Source: an uncultured virus (IMG/VR IMGVR_UViG_3300033994_002454) (taxonomy: Duplodnaviria > Heunggongvirae > Uroviricota > Caudoviricetes). Taken from it: a stretch of 64,000 bases of DNA. A program made the translations under genes and the position numbers. Below the pieces are notes generated by a model. The model was not told the DNA's origin. It ran no database searches and worked only from the letters and a program-made list of their open reading frames with translations. Positions 39,513 to 49,217 of the stretch are shown piece after piece (within the stretch, counting starts at the first letter, position 1; every line of letters begins with the position of its first letter). The stretch spans positions 1-64,000 of IMG/VR virus record IMGVR_UViG_3300033994_002454; one strand, written 5' to 3'.

Positions 39513-39794
39513 TCATAATGGATAACCTATGTCTCGTTTAGCAAAATCATCGGCTTCAAATTGTTCAATTATTCTCATTTCATTTATGATTTCCATTGCT
39601 TTATCCCATTCTGGTAAGCTGTAATCTGATTTGATATCTAATTCTTTCATCAATTCATAAATGGCCATCCACTCATTTCGATATGCAGTGGCTAAATTTG
39701 AATCTCTTCCAAAACGTGATTCATATTGTTTTGTTTGCAAATATAGCTTTGCATCTTTTTCTTGAATTTTTTTGATCATGTCTGCTTTTTTCAT
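39513..39794 (-). CDS. early hypothetical protein
   Basis: Behind element 39822. Confidence 0.6.
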   Translation of the reverse strand: MKKADMIKKIQEKDAKLYLQTKQYESRFGRDSNLATAYRNEWMAIYELMKELDIKSDYSLPEWDKAMEIINEMRIIEQFEADDFAKRDIGYPL

Positions 39795-39838
39795 AACTTT
39801 TATTTCTTTTTAATTTATTGTAATATACGAAAAGGATG

Positions 39839-40222
39839 TTAAAACCCCCATTCCTCAAGCATTTCTTTTAAAAATTCTACCCGATTATAACCATCTCTAC
39901 ATACTAACCAAATACCATCTCTGTTTAAACAATAAACAAATTCTACACTACTACCAAAACCTAACTCAAACAAACCTTCAACATCTAAATAACTAGTTGA
40001 ATGTAAATCTTCACCTCGATCACGACAATATGCTACTGTATCTTCAGTTGATTCTCCTAATGAACTGATATCTCCTAGTTCAATTAGTTTTTGTAATTTT
40101 TCTTTATCGTAGTGTTTGAATAATGTTATACCTACACCATCAACATACCCATCAAAATGACAGTAAATTGAATTTACTATACCTGATTCGTTTTCAATTG
40201 CTATTCTACTTCTTGTACTCAT
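39839..40222 (-). CDS. conserved phage protein with YCHxDGY motif
   Basis: MSTRSRIAI..SIYCHFDGY..GVG..L..HY. Confidence 0.7.
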   Translation of the reverse strand: MSTRSRIAIENESGIVNSIYCHFDGYVDGVGITLFKHYDKEKLQKLIELGDISSLGESTEDTVAYCRDRGEDLHSTSYLDVEGLFELGFGSSVEFVYCLNRDGIWLVCRDGYNRVEFLKEMLEEWGF

Positions 40223-40281
40223 GTTTTCTTTTTTTATACATTCAATATACGAAATTTCTTTTAATAAGCTTATTCCTCTGT

Positions 40282-40509
40282 TTAAAGGTTTTCTATTTCT
40301 TGTTTAACTTCTTCATAATACTGAATAGTTAAATAATTACAATAATGTATTTTATCTCCTACTCTACTACCAAAATTATTTAATATCTCATCCACTACAA
40401 TTAAGGCACATTCTTTTGAAAACTCTTGCATAGAAACACCTCGGGTAAAATCCTTACCTAGCTCAAGATATTTGTTAACTAATTCTATTGCTTTGTCTTT
40501 TGGTATCAT
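40282..40509 (-). CDS. flavobacterial-phage-type small protein
   Basis: PKDKAIELV..KECALIVVDEIL..YYEEVKQEIENL pattern. Confidence 0.6.
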   Translation of the reverse strand: MIPKDKAIELVNKYLELGKDFTRGVSMQEFSKECALIVVDEILNNFGSRVGDKIHYCNYLTIQYYEEVKQEIENL

Positions 40510-41281
40510 TGTTCTGTTGTAAAAAGTTCAATAATAAAATTATCATCATTTTCAATAGCAGTGTCTACCAATGTTGCAAACACTTCTATCATTGTAGTTG
40601 CTTTTTTAATTGATGATATTTTTTCTTTCCAATCTCGTTCAAATCGACGAAACGATTCTACTTCAAATTCGATATCATCTATATCATCTATTTCCTTAAT
40701 ATACTGGAGTGTATAACCATATGAACAATCAAATTCAGTGTCCATCCACTCTAGCAATTGTTTTTTTCCTCTTTCAAAATCAAATTTCATAATCCTAAAT
40801 CTTTACGTTCTTCAATTAAATATTCTACTTGTTCAATTGGCATTGTTAACATTAATTGTCTTAACATTTGCCAGTCCATTTTTATTTCTTTAAGAATGCA
40901 TTGCATTGTTTCACCATCCACTTCTATATCTTTGAGTACATCAATCACTAATTTAACTCTTTGTGGATTTTCTTGCATTTTTTCTGTCATAACTTTTATT
41001 TTTTACCAATGATTACCATTATTTCTTGATGGGTTTTGAGCGAATGCTTCTTTACACATCTGTTCTACATTACTGTCCTTAAATTTACCCCATGGAAATA
41101 TACCTTCGTATGTACCATATTGGTAACCAACTAACGCAACTTGTACTATTTCTTTTAGTACTTCCATTTCTTCATCAGTTTTAGCTATTTGTCTTGCTGA
41201 TATGGTATTTAATTGACCATATCTATCACAACCGCTTGTTCTGTAATGTTTAACTAATTTTTCTACTAACATTTCTTTCAT
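40506..41281 (-). CDS. three small coupled hypothetical genes (40506-40790, 40787-40990, 41003-41281)
   Basis: ORF track; overlapping stop/start junctions behind element 41305. Confidence 0.55.
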
Positions 41282-41313
41282 AACTTTCTCTTTTTCTTAC
41301 TTGAAATATACGA

Positions 41314-41335
41314 AAGCCCTCTTAATTGAGGGCTT
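41314..41335 (-). terminator. terminator hairpin embedded in class-A promoter spacer
   Basis: AAGCCCTC/GAGGGCTT 8-bp stem. Confidence 0.65.
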
Positions 41336-42095
41336 CCTTTTTTGCTTGTTTTGAAAATCGTTCAAGTAATTCCTCTATACTCAGTGCTTCATACTCAACA
41401 TCTTTTTTCTTAAACATAACGTCTCTATCATTGTATGGATCAATTCGAAATTCAATAAAACTACCTGATTCAAATTCAACCTTAACTACATCAAATGAAC
41501 CATAATACTTCGCATAGTCACGTCCGCTTGTAATTGTAGCTGATGGGTATAATGTTTTGTATTTGTTGAGAGTAGCATTCAATAATGCAGTTGATTTATT
41601 ATATTCCTCGAATCGTTGTTTTTCTTTTTCATTATGTTCCAACAATTTGGTTAATAATGTTTTTGGTTTAACATAACGAGATTGATCTTGAATAGTCCAT
41701 GATTGTATTTTGTCTCGTTGAACATCAAATGAAAATGAAGCATTTTTTAATTCCTTAGTGGTTGTATCAAAACGTTTACCTAACAAACTAATCCCACCTG
41801 TATAGAACTTTGCTGTAACTTCAACTTCAAATTGAGTTTTATTGTAACTATAACCTAATGTTACTTTACGTGTGTTGATGGATGATTTAAAATCATTTTT
41901 GTAATGAACACCTTTGATAAATCCTGCTTCAATGAGCATATTTTCAATTCGTTGATTCTCATTTTCTTGGAATGTGATGTTTTTGTTTTGATTTTCAATA
42001 TACCTATCAACTTGTTCTTGTTGTTCAGTTGTCAACAATATACCTGCAAATAAATCTAATTGGTTTGGGTCTTTAATGTTTTCTGTATTTTCCAT
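41322..42095 (-). CDS. early hypothetical protein
   Basis: Likely start MENTEN at 42095; contains QLDLF, a beta-clamp-binding-like pentapeptide. Confidence 0.6.
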   Translation of the reverse strand: MENTENIKDPNQLDLFAGILLTTEQQEQVDRYIENQNKNITFQENENQRIENMLIEAGFIKGVHYKNDFKSSINTRKVTLGYSYNKTQFEVEVTAKFYTGGISLLGKRFDTTTKELKNASFSFDVQRDKIQSWTIQDQSRYVKPKTLLTKLLEHNEKEKQRFEEYNKSTALLNATLNKYKTLYPSATITSGRDYAKYYGSFDVVKVEFESGSFIEFRIDPYNDRDVMFKKKDVEYEALSIEELLERFSKQAKKEALN

Positions 42096-42154
42096 AACTT
42101 TTATTTCTTTTTTATACAATCAATATACGAAATTTCTTTTGAGTATTCTATTCC

Positions 42155-42559
42155 TTAGCCTATACTTGAATCCCAACTTGTTACTATAAAGTCTAATTGC
42201 AATCCTGTAATTTTAGTTTTACTTTCATCACACCATGCTTTTGCTTCAAAACCACCTGTACCATTTAAAATTGGTATTTCATGGTGAGTACCTTTATAAT
42301 CACCTAATCTACTTGCAGCAGCACCTCGCAATAAACGTTCTGCTGTTTCTCTTAAATCATAGATGGTAGGCATTTCACCTCGCCATTTCCAATCTAAAGC
42401 ACCCATAGCACGTTCTACTTGATCAAAATCAAATTCATCCATAATATCTTTGATCATATATTCAAGATCCTTTACTACGGGTTCTGGCTGTTCAAGTGCT
42501 TTATTGATTAGCTGTTGTAGTGTTAGTAACTCGTCTCTGTCTAAATTTTCTAAATTCAT
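42155..42559 (-). CDS. conserved phage hypothetical protein
   Basis: IMDEFDFDQVERAM.ALDWKW motif. Confidence 0.65.
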   Translation of the reverse strand: MNLENLDRDELLTLQQLINKALEQPEPVVKDLEYMIKDIMDEFDFDQVERAMGALDWKWRGEMPTIYDLRETAERLLRGAAASRLGDYKGTHHEIPILNGTGGFEAKAWCDESKTKITGLQLDFIVTSWDSSIG

Positions 42560-42603
42560 ATCCTTTTTATTTGTTTAAATATACGAAAACTATTTTACAA
42601 TTT

Positions 42604-43209
42604 CTATTCCTCTAAACTAGAGGGTAGATAAAGTAGAGTTGGGTTTTTCTTTTGAATATCAATTTCAGGATATTGCTTTTTAAATTCCATAACATCAAAT
42701 CTTTCAGTAATCAAGTGATGTCCATTTTTAGTTGGAATATTAGCTATAATCTTCATCCCAAATGGTTTACATTTGGTATTGATATATTCTTGAATTTCTC
42801 TATCAAAACTTTCGTCAGAGTTATCAATATCAACAATCCATCGTTTTTCATGAGTTTTGATCTGCCCAACAACTGAATCAAATAGGTGTTTTTGATTGTG
42901 GTTTCCGTCTTGTATTCTTTGAGCCAAAGCAACCATCATATTCAACGATACATCTTTATGGTTTTGTTTCTGAACATGGATGTAAGCTCTTGCTTTAAAC
43001 ATTTCACAAAGTTGCTTAATCTCATCGTATCTGTTTTCTAAATGTTCAATGGATTCAATACAATAAGTTTTAATAGTTCTAACTGATTGATGGTTATCCC
43101 GCTCACCTTCAGGTTGATCTTTCTTGCGTTTGAAAACATAAAGCATATAAAAATCACCTTTATTTTCAAAGTTAAGTAATAGTTTTATATGCTCTAAATT
43201 GTCAATCAT
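42604..43209 (-). CDS. conserved phage protein, possible AEP/nucleotidyltransferase-like fold
   Basis: KRKKD, ARAYI, WIVDID, TKNGHHLI (DxD plus sxG.H). Confidence 0.45.
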   Translation of the reverse strand: MIDNLEHIKLLLNFENKGDFYMLYVFKRKKDQPEGERDNHQSVRTIKTYCIESIEHLENRYDEIKQLCEMFKARAYIHVQKQNHKDVSLNMMVALAQRIQDGNHNQKHLFDSVVGQIKTHEKRWIVDIDNSDESFDREIQEYINTKCKPFGMKIIANIPTKNGHHLITERFDVMEFKKQYPEIDIQKKNPTLLYLPSSLEE

Positions 43210-43238
43210 ATCCTTTTTATTTGTTTAAATATACGAAA

Positions 43239-43751
43239 TCATCTTTCAATACCTAATTCCTTAAGTGTTTTTGGAGTATAATCTACTTGCTCACACGAAA
43301 CACAAATGTAGCGATCATCTGGTATTTCAAATGGAGCCATTGGTGCATCCATCATCACTACTTTTCCATGAATGTGTCCATGTATATTTTTGTTGAAGCG
43401 ATAGTCAAGTTCCATTGGGTGAATAGGGCAATGTGTCAACATTACTCCTTTGTACTGTATCATCCCAGCTACACTTTCAACGTGTTCAAGTAGTTTTTTA
43501 ACGTCTTGACGGCGATCATGGTTTCCTAGTACAACATGTTTTACACCGTTTAAACGATCAAGTAGTGGATATGGTGATGATTTCTCCATAGTCACATCCC
43601 CTAAAATATATGTAACGTCTCGTTTATGAACAACACTGTTGTATTTGGCAATTACGTATTCGTCATGTTCCTCTACACTAGAGAAACCTCGGTGCAATGC
43701 CATGTTGATGTGCCCTAAATGTAAATCTGCTATGAAAAAAACTCTTGCCAT
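43239..43751 (-). CDS. calcineurin-like metallophosphoesterase
   Basis: ADLHLGH, LGD, GNHD, THCP, HGHIH. Confidence 0.9.
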   Translation of the reverse strand: MARVFFIADLHLGHINMALHRGFSSVEEHDEYVIAKYNSVVHKRDVTYILGDVTMEKSSPYPLLDRLNGVKHVVLGNHDRRQDVKKLLEHVESVAGMIQYKGVMLTHCPIHPMELDYRFNKNIHGHIHGKVVMMDAPMAPFEIPDDRYICVSCEQVDYTPKTLKELGIER

Positions 43752-43794
43752 TTTCTTAATTTTATTGGAATATACGAAATCTATTTTACAATCT

Positions 43795-44318
43795 CTATTC
43801 CTTACTTAAGGTAAACATCATTTCAGCTACCTCATCTGCTGTACAACGTGGCATTACTTCTACATAACCATCTTTTAAAACAACCCATTTCCCATCTGAA
43901 TATAGCATCCAGTCTTTATCTCCGTTCCATGCTGCTACTTCAGCTGTGGTTTCACCTTGATCTGAATATGATGATTTTCCAAATATAACGCTAATGGTAC
44001 AACCATTTCCAAATGTGATTTGGAAACCATCATGCCACATATCTTTATCTACTACTGTTGCAAATTTTTTCATTCGTCTTCAAATTTTGCTGTTATTACG
44101 ACTTGTTCAGACAAATACTCTATCTGTCCTGCACACGCATTGTATTTTGTAAATTTAGGGTTTTCTATCATTTCAAAATAGCAACGTTCATTTTCTGTGT
44201 ACAATAATTTTCCATAAAATGTTGGAAATGCATTACTACACAATACACGTCCAACCATTTTTTTCAAGTTATGTCCTTGATGAATGCGGGATGTTATTTT
44301 ATTTCTACCTAAATTCAT
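43795..44318 (-). CDS. two small hypothetical genes (43795-44073, 44070-44318)
   Basis: ORF track; first has GFQITFGNG.TISV..AEVA motif common in phages. Confidence 0.55.
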
Positions 44319-44321
44319 ATT

Positions 44322-44495
44322 CTAAAGCATAGCAATAAAACCTACAATCAACAACAGTACTACAGCTGGTATCCAAAGTGGGGATGTAACCCACCACCAA
44401 CTCCAATCAATGTTTCCTGTTAATTTCAATACTGTAAATATGATGAACAGAACCATTCCGATTCCTATTCCTCCTGATGATTTTTTATTTTCCAT
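44322..44495 (-). CDS. two-TM membrane protein with LKLTG.IDWSWWWV motif
   Basis: Likely start MENKKS at 44495. Confidence 0.7.
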   Translation of the reverse strand: MENKKSSGGIGIGMVLFIIFTVLKLTGNIDWSWWWVTSPLWIPAVVLLLIVGFIAML

Positions 44496-44957
44496 ATGTT
44501 TCGTTGTAGTATTGTTCAAATGTTTTTCTCGGGTAATTTTCACTTTCCCACATCTCATAATTTTCTGCAAAATCAATCATCTGCTCTTTCTCCATTTCTA
44601 ACTTAGACTCAGCATCGTTTATACACAATTCTAAACAATTTACTAAACTTGGTGCATGCTCTTTGCATATGTCTAACGTTGCCTTGAGCCACTCAATATG
44701 TTCTTGCATTGCTGTTTTCATTGTTCTTGTTGTTTAAAGTTTTCTTCCCAATATCCTTCAAATGTTTGCCAATCTTTTTCAGCAATGCCTTTACCTTCAA
44801 ATCTACCTGCTTGATGTGCTACATCCCAAGTTTCATTGTGTTGATTTATTTCCATTTCTTTGGCTTGGTCAAATAGCTTATAATTCTCGCCTTTTAAAGT
44901 AACTTCGTTTCCTGTTACTAACTGGTCAATCAACCACTCTACTGCTGTCTGTTTCAT
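44485..44957 (-). CDS. two paralogous KQTAVEWL/AKEMEKEQ-family small proteins (44485-44721, 44718-44957)
   Basis: Shared KTA..EW, EME..Q and TFE.YY motifs. Confidence 0.6.
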
Positions 44958-45019
44958 TGTTCTCTCTTTAATTTACTTCAATATACGAAATTTCTTTTGC
45001 TCAAACTATTCCTTTTTAG

Positions 45020-45049
45020 AAAAACCTGCCCCACTTTCGTGAGGCAGGG
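45020..45049 (-). terminator. intrinsic terminator downstream of RNA cluster
   Basis: Minus CCTGCC-TCAC-GAAA-GTG-GGCAGG-TTTTT. Confidence 0.75.
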
Positions 45050-45081
45050 TAAAAAGAAAACTACTGTTATGAAGAGCAGCG

Positions 45082-45164
45082 TAGTCAGGGCAGGACTCGA
45101 ACCTGCACTAGCCCTGGTATTCACCATATTAAATTAGGACCGTGTTACATTACACCACCTGACT
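45082..45164 (-). ncRNA. tRNA-like RNA with 20-nt anticodon loop
   Basis: AGTCAGG/CCTGACT acceptor, GTGT/ACAC D stem, GTCCT/AGGGC stem around AATTTAATATGGTGAATACC, GCAGG-TTCGAGT-CCTGC T arm. Confidence 0.7.
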
Positions 45165-45168
45165 ATAT

Positions 45169-45254
45169 GAGGATGAGAAATCCTCTGTGTTGGCAACTAT
45201 CTTTTAAGTTATTAGTTGCTGTTTACTTATATTCCTTTCTCAAGGGAACAACAC
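45169..45254 (-). ncRNA. structured RNA candidate with loop-loop complementarity
   Basis: GTGTTG/CAACAC stem enclosing two hairpins; TGAGAAA complementary to loop TTTCTCA of the following GAGGA/TCCTC hairpin. Confidence 0.5.
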
Positions 45255-45258
45255 TTTG

Positions 45259-45376
45259 AAGTCAGGACAGGATTTGAACCTGTATTTGGGCTGCCATTAT
45301 AGTGACCACACGCAGTGTGCTTTTTTACCCTTGGTGCTATAACCATCCAATGCGTCTACCATTCCGCCACCTGACT
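45259..45376 (-). ncRNA. tRNA-like RNA with approx. 55-nt structured insert in the anticodon arm
   Basis: Same AGTCAGG/CCTGACT acceptor; Leu-type D arm GGCGGAATGGTAGACGC; ACAGG-TTCAAAT-CCTGT T arm; insert has TTATAG/CTATAA and CACAC/GTGTG stems. Confidence 0.7.
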
Positions 45377-45442
45377 TACCCCGAATTTTATAGTAGCGGC
45401 ACCTTTACGCGGCCGTCGGTTCTACTTGCGACGATTTTTTGC

Positions 45443-46252
45443 TTAGGCAGCTATAAATTCAGCTGCCATTGCAAATAATTTTTGGTTGATTTCCATGTCT
45501 TGTTTGAAATTCTTCACTTTACGTGCTTTTCTAATTTTAGCACCTGTCATGTATGAAAAACTACCATCTAATATCTTTTCTTGAATCACGTTAAATACTG
45601 ACCATAAATCACTACCTTCATCTTCTTTACGTGTTGGTGCAAGTAGTTCATCTAGGTTAATGTTCATAGCTTCAACTTGATCTTCTGTGAAACGAGTTGT
45701 CAATGCTTTTTTAGCAAGCTCTTTTGCTTGTTCCTCGTCCAACTTAATTTCTTTCATTTTGTTCATTGACTCAACTGTCAAAGGCAACTGCTCAACCATT
45801 TCACGAATTTGCACTTGCAATTCCTCAAATGTGTAACCCATGTGACGCATTTTTACATCATTGAACTGCTCAGTTGAAATAACCAAACCATTTTCACATA
45901 CCATACGGAATAAACCCGCTGTAAACGTAAACGCATTTTTTCCATCGTTTGAATTTGTTAATAGGATTTGTGGAAATACTGTATCACCGTCAGAACCATT
46001 AATTACTACATCTGGGTTGCGGAATACAACTAAGTGTTTTTGGAATCCTTTTGTTCCTTCTTTTCTAGCTTTTACCTCTTTGGCATCAACTACACCCCAT
46101 CCTAATTGTTCCATATCTTCAATCACTCGATTGGTTGGAATGTGGGTAAATTTGTCTGAAACCGTTGGAGCGGCTGTTTCTGTAAAAATTGACTTAGCGC
46201 GTTGTCTAACTTCACTCATTGTCAAAAAACTGTCTTGGCTTAAATCTAACAT
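45443..46252 (-). CDS. DUF932/DUF945 family protein
   Basis: SDKFTHIPT, KHLVVFR, NSNDG..F..GLFRMVCENG, H, DLWSVFNVIQE. Confidence 0.85.
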   Translation of the reverse strand: MLDLSQDSFLTMSEVRQRAKSIFTETAAPTVSDKFTHIPTNRVIEDMEQLGWGVVDAKEVKARKEGTKGFQKHLVVFRNPDVVINGSDGDTVFPQILLTNSNDGKNAFTFTAGLFRMVCENGLVISTEQFNDVKMRHMGYTFEELQVQIREMVEQLPLTVESMNKMKEIKLDEEQAKELAKKALTTRFTEDQVEAMNINLDELLAPTRKEDEGSDLWSVFNVIQEKILDGSFSYMTGAKIRKARKVKNFKQDMEINQKLFAMAAEFIAA

Positions 46253-46315
46253 AACTACTTTTTTTTAATTTAACTTTCTTTTCTTTTTTCTTACTTTCAA
46301 TATACGAAAGCTTTT

Positions 46316-46534
46316 TTAGTTCTCCAAATTTTTATCAACTTTTCTTTTAAAAATCTGTTTAAATGCTTCAACATAATGTTCTTGAGCAGGCAGTAGCATT
46401 AAAAATCCTACCATACCTAATCCCATTGTAAACAATGTTACTTCTTCCTTTAAAAATGAAGAAATTAAAAGTGCTGCTACTCCTACTGTTACAATAGCAC
46501 TAAATTCTACTAAAATGTTTTTTACTCTATTCAT
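46316..46534 (-). CDS. two-TM membrane protein
   Basis: Two hydrophobic helices. Confidence 0.55.
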   Translation of the reverse strand: MNRVKNILVEFSAIVTVGVAALLISSFLKEEVTLFTMGLGMVGFLMLLPAQEHYVEAFKQIFKRKVDKNLEN

Positions 46535-46553
46535 GTTTTTTTATTTATTTATT

Positions 46554-46904
46554 TTATTTCCAAAAAAGTTGAACCATCAATATTCCAAGTGCTAACATTA
46601 AGCAAACAAATGTTTTTAATGTTAATGGCTCGTTAAATAATGTCCAACTCATGTATGTGAACACCATTGCACCAATGCTGAATCCAATTAAACGTGATGG
46701 CCACATTTGACCACCAAATGCTAGAATCATATGTTTTACTGAAAACATGAATAGCATTGAAATAGGTATTCCCATTAGCACTGTTAACCAGTAATGGTTT
46801 TTGAACCATTCATATTTCATAGGGCCTTGCAATTGGTAAAATGTAGCTATTTGAGCTAAAAAACCAAAAAATATCCCTATCAATAGATTACCTGTATTTA
46901 CCAT
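46554..46904 (-). CDS. four-TM SMR/DMT-like membrane protein
   Basis: Four hydrophobic segments and FNEPLTLK..LAL.I motif. Confidence 0.55.
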   Translation of the reverse strand: MVNTGNLLIGIFFGFLAQIATFYQLQGPMKYEWFKNHYWLTVLMGIPISMLFMFSVKHMILAFGGQMWPSRLIGFSIGAMVFTYMSWTLFNEPLTLKTFVCLMLALGILMVQLFWK

Positions 46905-47827
46905 TACTTGTAGAATTTACTATCATCTATTTCATAGTCGAAATCATCCTCTACTTTGTAGTAGTCGTCTTCTTCAAGTTCATCAACTATATCTTCATCT
47001 TCATCTCTATATTCAGGTAACAGTCCTGCATTTTCAACAATCCACCATACTCTATCTTTGTATAGATCAATTGAGATGCCATTTATTTCTGTTACATTTT
47101 TTTCTGTTAGTATAGCTAGTTCAGCAATCAATTCACAGGTGATCAAATCAACTTCTTCAATTGACATTTCTTTTGCTTTGAATCGCTTTTTAAGGTCTAG
47201 GTACTTTACTTCTATTGGGTGTTTTTCTTTTTTTGCCATAACTTTTATTTCTTTTATTTAATTTAATATACGAAAGATATTTTAAAATCAATCTTCCTTT
47301 TTTACTATTCTACTTTCTAACAAATTGATCAATGCTTGTACCTCACCAAATTCGGTAAATCGAATTGAAGGGTATGAATCAAAAAATTCTACATACCATT
47401 GTCCGTCTTCACCAACCTCATCGTTTGAATTTGATATGAATTGAAATCCTTGAGCAACTGTGTATGTGTAGTAATGAAATTCATCTTCTATCCAAACACC
47501 ATTTTCATCATCTGAAAGTTCAATTCCACCATCTTCTTGTTTTTCAAAACCTAATAACTGCAATTCTTTTTCTGTCATTTTTTAATCATCTAAATTTAAA
47601 CCACTTTCATACATTAACTCTCTTATGTGTTGTCTCAATCTGTCACAAACATCCATTTCTTCACTTGATGCTTCTTTATTGCTATCAAAGCTTTGTCCAT
47701 ATTTGACTATTGATCGTAGTTTCTGATCTATGTCCCATACTAACATTTTCCATTTCCAACCATCAAGTGCAGTTCTAGCATCGTTTTGTTCTTCGATTGA
47801 ATCAAATTCTAATATTATCTTACCCAT
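46904..47827 (-). CDS. three small acidic hypothetical genes (46904-47239, 47288-47578, 47582-47827)
   Basis: ORF track; contiguous minus-strand genes. Confidence 0.55.
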
Positions 47828-48062
47828 TTTTGTCTATTTTATCAAGTTCATCTCTAATTACAATTGCTGTTTCATATTCTTCCATTTCAATTGCATGTTC
47901 TAACATATCGTTAATCATTGCTCTGAAATCATTGTTGAATATGTTTACTAATGCATCTTGTAAATATAATTTATCGTCTATACTCAATTTACTCTCTCGA
48001 ATAATCGGATGAAAATCAGCATTGCTAGCTGCTATTTGACTTATAATTTTTCTTTCACTCAT
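47820..48062 (-). CDS. small protein with C-terminal UVR motif
   Basis: LEHAIEMEEYETAIVIRDEL. Confidence 0.65.
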   Translation of the reverse strand: MSERKIISQIAASNADFHPIIRESKLSIDDKLYLQDALVNIFNNDFRAMINDMLEHAIEMEEYETAIVIRDELDKIDKNG

Positions 48063-48268
48063 AACCTTTTAATTTATAAATCTCTAATACTTTTTCCATA
48101 AAACCAAAAAAATATACAAAGTGCAACCCAAACCCACATCCACACTCTGTAACGCTTATCGGTGAACATTGAATACATGAAAACTATAATCATTACTATC
48201 CACCAAATAAAAAACAATTTGCTTAAAAATTTCATATTCTTCTTTTTTTATTACTTGAAATATACGAA

Positions 48269-48286
48269 AGCCCTCTTACGAGGGCT
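48269..48286 (-). terminator. terminator hairpin embedded in class-A promoter spacer
   Basis: Minus AGCCCTC-GTAA-GAGGGCT (GNRA loop) followed by TTCGTATATT. Confidence 0.65.
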
Positions 48287-48295
48287 ATTCCTTTT

Positions 48296-49045
48296 TTAAG
48301 CAAACGTTTCAGCTAAAGCAAACAATCGTTTATTCAACAAAATATCATCACTAGCGTTACTAACAGTTGATGTTAGGTTTTCTTGGATGCGATTGAACAC
48401 TGTCCATAAATCGCTTCCTTCATCTTCGATTCGATTAACTGCAAGTAGATCATCAATGTTGATATTTGATACATCATCGTATCTTAACTTAGCTGCTTCG
48501 TAAGCTAATATTCGCATATCGTTTACTGATAGGTTTGAATGTTTTAGCTTTTCAAATTCATTTAGTACTAAAGATGATTTACGATTAACAGTGTTTAAAT
48601 ATTGATCTAAGTTTCTATAGTTAATTTCGGTATGTTTAATCTTTTGAGTTTCTGCAGCTTCATCAAATCGTACTGCTCCGTTAGAGCATACTAAACGATA
48701 CATACCCATTTCTAAACTAATCGGTTTGCTTCCGTTACAACTGTTTGTAACTGTTAATGATAGCAATGCTTCATCTTTACCTTTATCGTTTTTTATAGCA
48801 AAATCAGGATGCTGTAACCGAACAAAATTGTGTGCAATTTTACGACCTTTACCTCGTTGTTCAGCAACACTATTTATTTCCCATCCTTCATTTTGTAGTT
48901 TTGAAACTACATCTAGTGTAGGAATATAAAACTCTTTTTGTTTAATTCGTTGTACGTTTAGAATGTTATTGTTATCTAACGTGTTAGCAAATGCAATTGC
49001 TTTGTTTAAGTCATTTCCGACTTGAATAAAATTTCTTTTTAACAT
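48296..49045 (-). CDS. DUF932/DUF945 family protein (second paralog)
   Basis: YIPTLDV, NSCNG, GMYRLVCSNG, DLWTVFNRIQE. Confidence 0.8.
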   Translation of the reverse strand: MLKRNFIQVGNDLNKAIAFANTLDNNNILNVQRIKQKEFYIPTLDVVSKLQNEGWEINSVAEQRGKGRKIAHNFVRLQHPDFAIKNDKGKDEALLSLTVTNSCNGSKPISLEMGMYRLVCSNGAVRFDEAAETQKIKHTEINYRNLDQYLNTVNRKSSLVLNEFEKLKHSNLSVNDMRILAYEAAKLRYDDVSNINIDDLLAVNRIEDEGSDLWTVFNRIQENLTSTVSNASDDILLNKRLFALAETFA

Positions 49046-49199
49046 AGTTTTTTAATTATACTTTGGTTTAACATTTCCATTTTTATCTACAGTATATCCT
49101 GTAGGTTTTTTTAGGTTATCCGCTTTATTGTAGCGACCTTTTTTAGTTGATTTTCCTCCTGAACAGCTCATATCTTTTAATATTAAATAAATATACAAA

Positions 49200-49217
49200 A
49201 GGAGGATTGCTCCTCCT
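49200..49217 (-). terminator. terminator hairpin embedded in class-A promoter spacer
   Basis: Minus AGGAGGA-GCAA-TCCTCCT followed by TTTGTATATT. Confidence 0.7.

Noticed and set aside
45082..45376. Assigning anticodons, such as a TTA suppressor or Leu, to the insert-bearing tRNA-like genes
   Set aside because: No 7-nt loop exists and no splice boundaries can be defined from sequence alone.
45391..45433. Pistol ribozyme
   Set aside because: The CGTCG/CGACG stem and pseudoknot are reminiscent, but the P2/P3 arrangement and cleavage-site context are not evident; kept only as a generic pseudoknot candidate.
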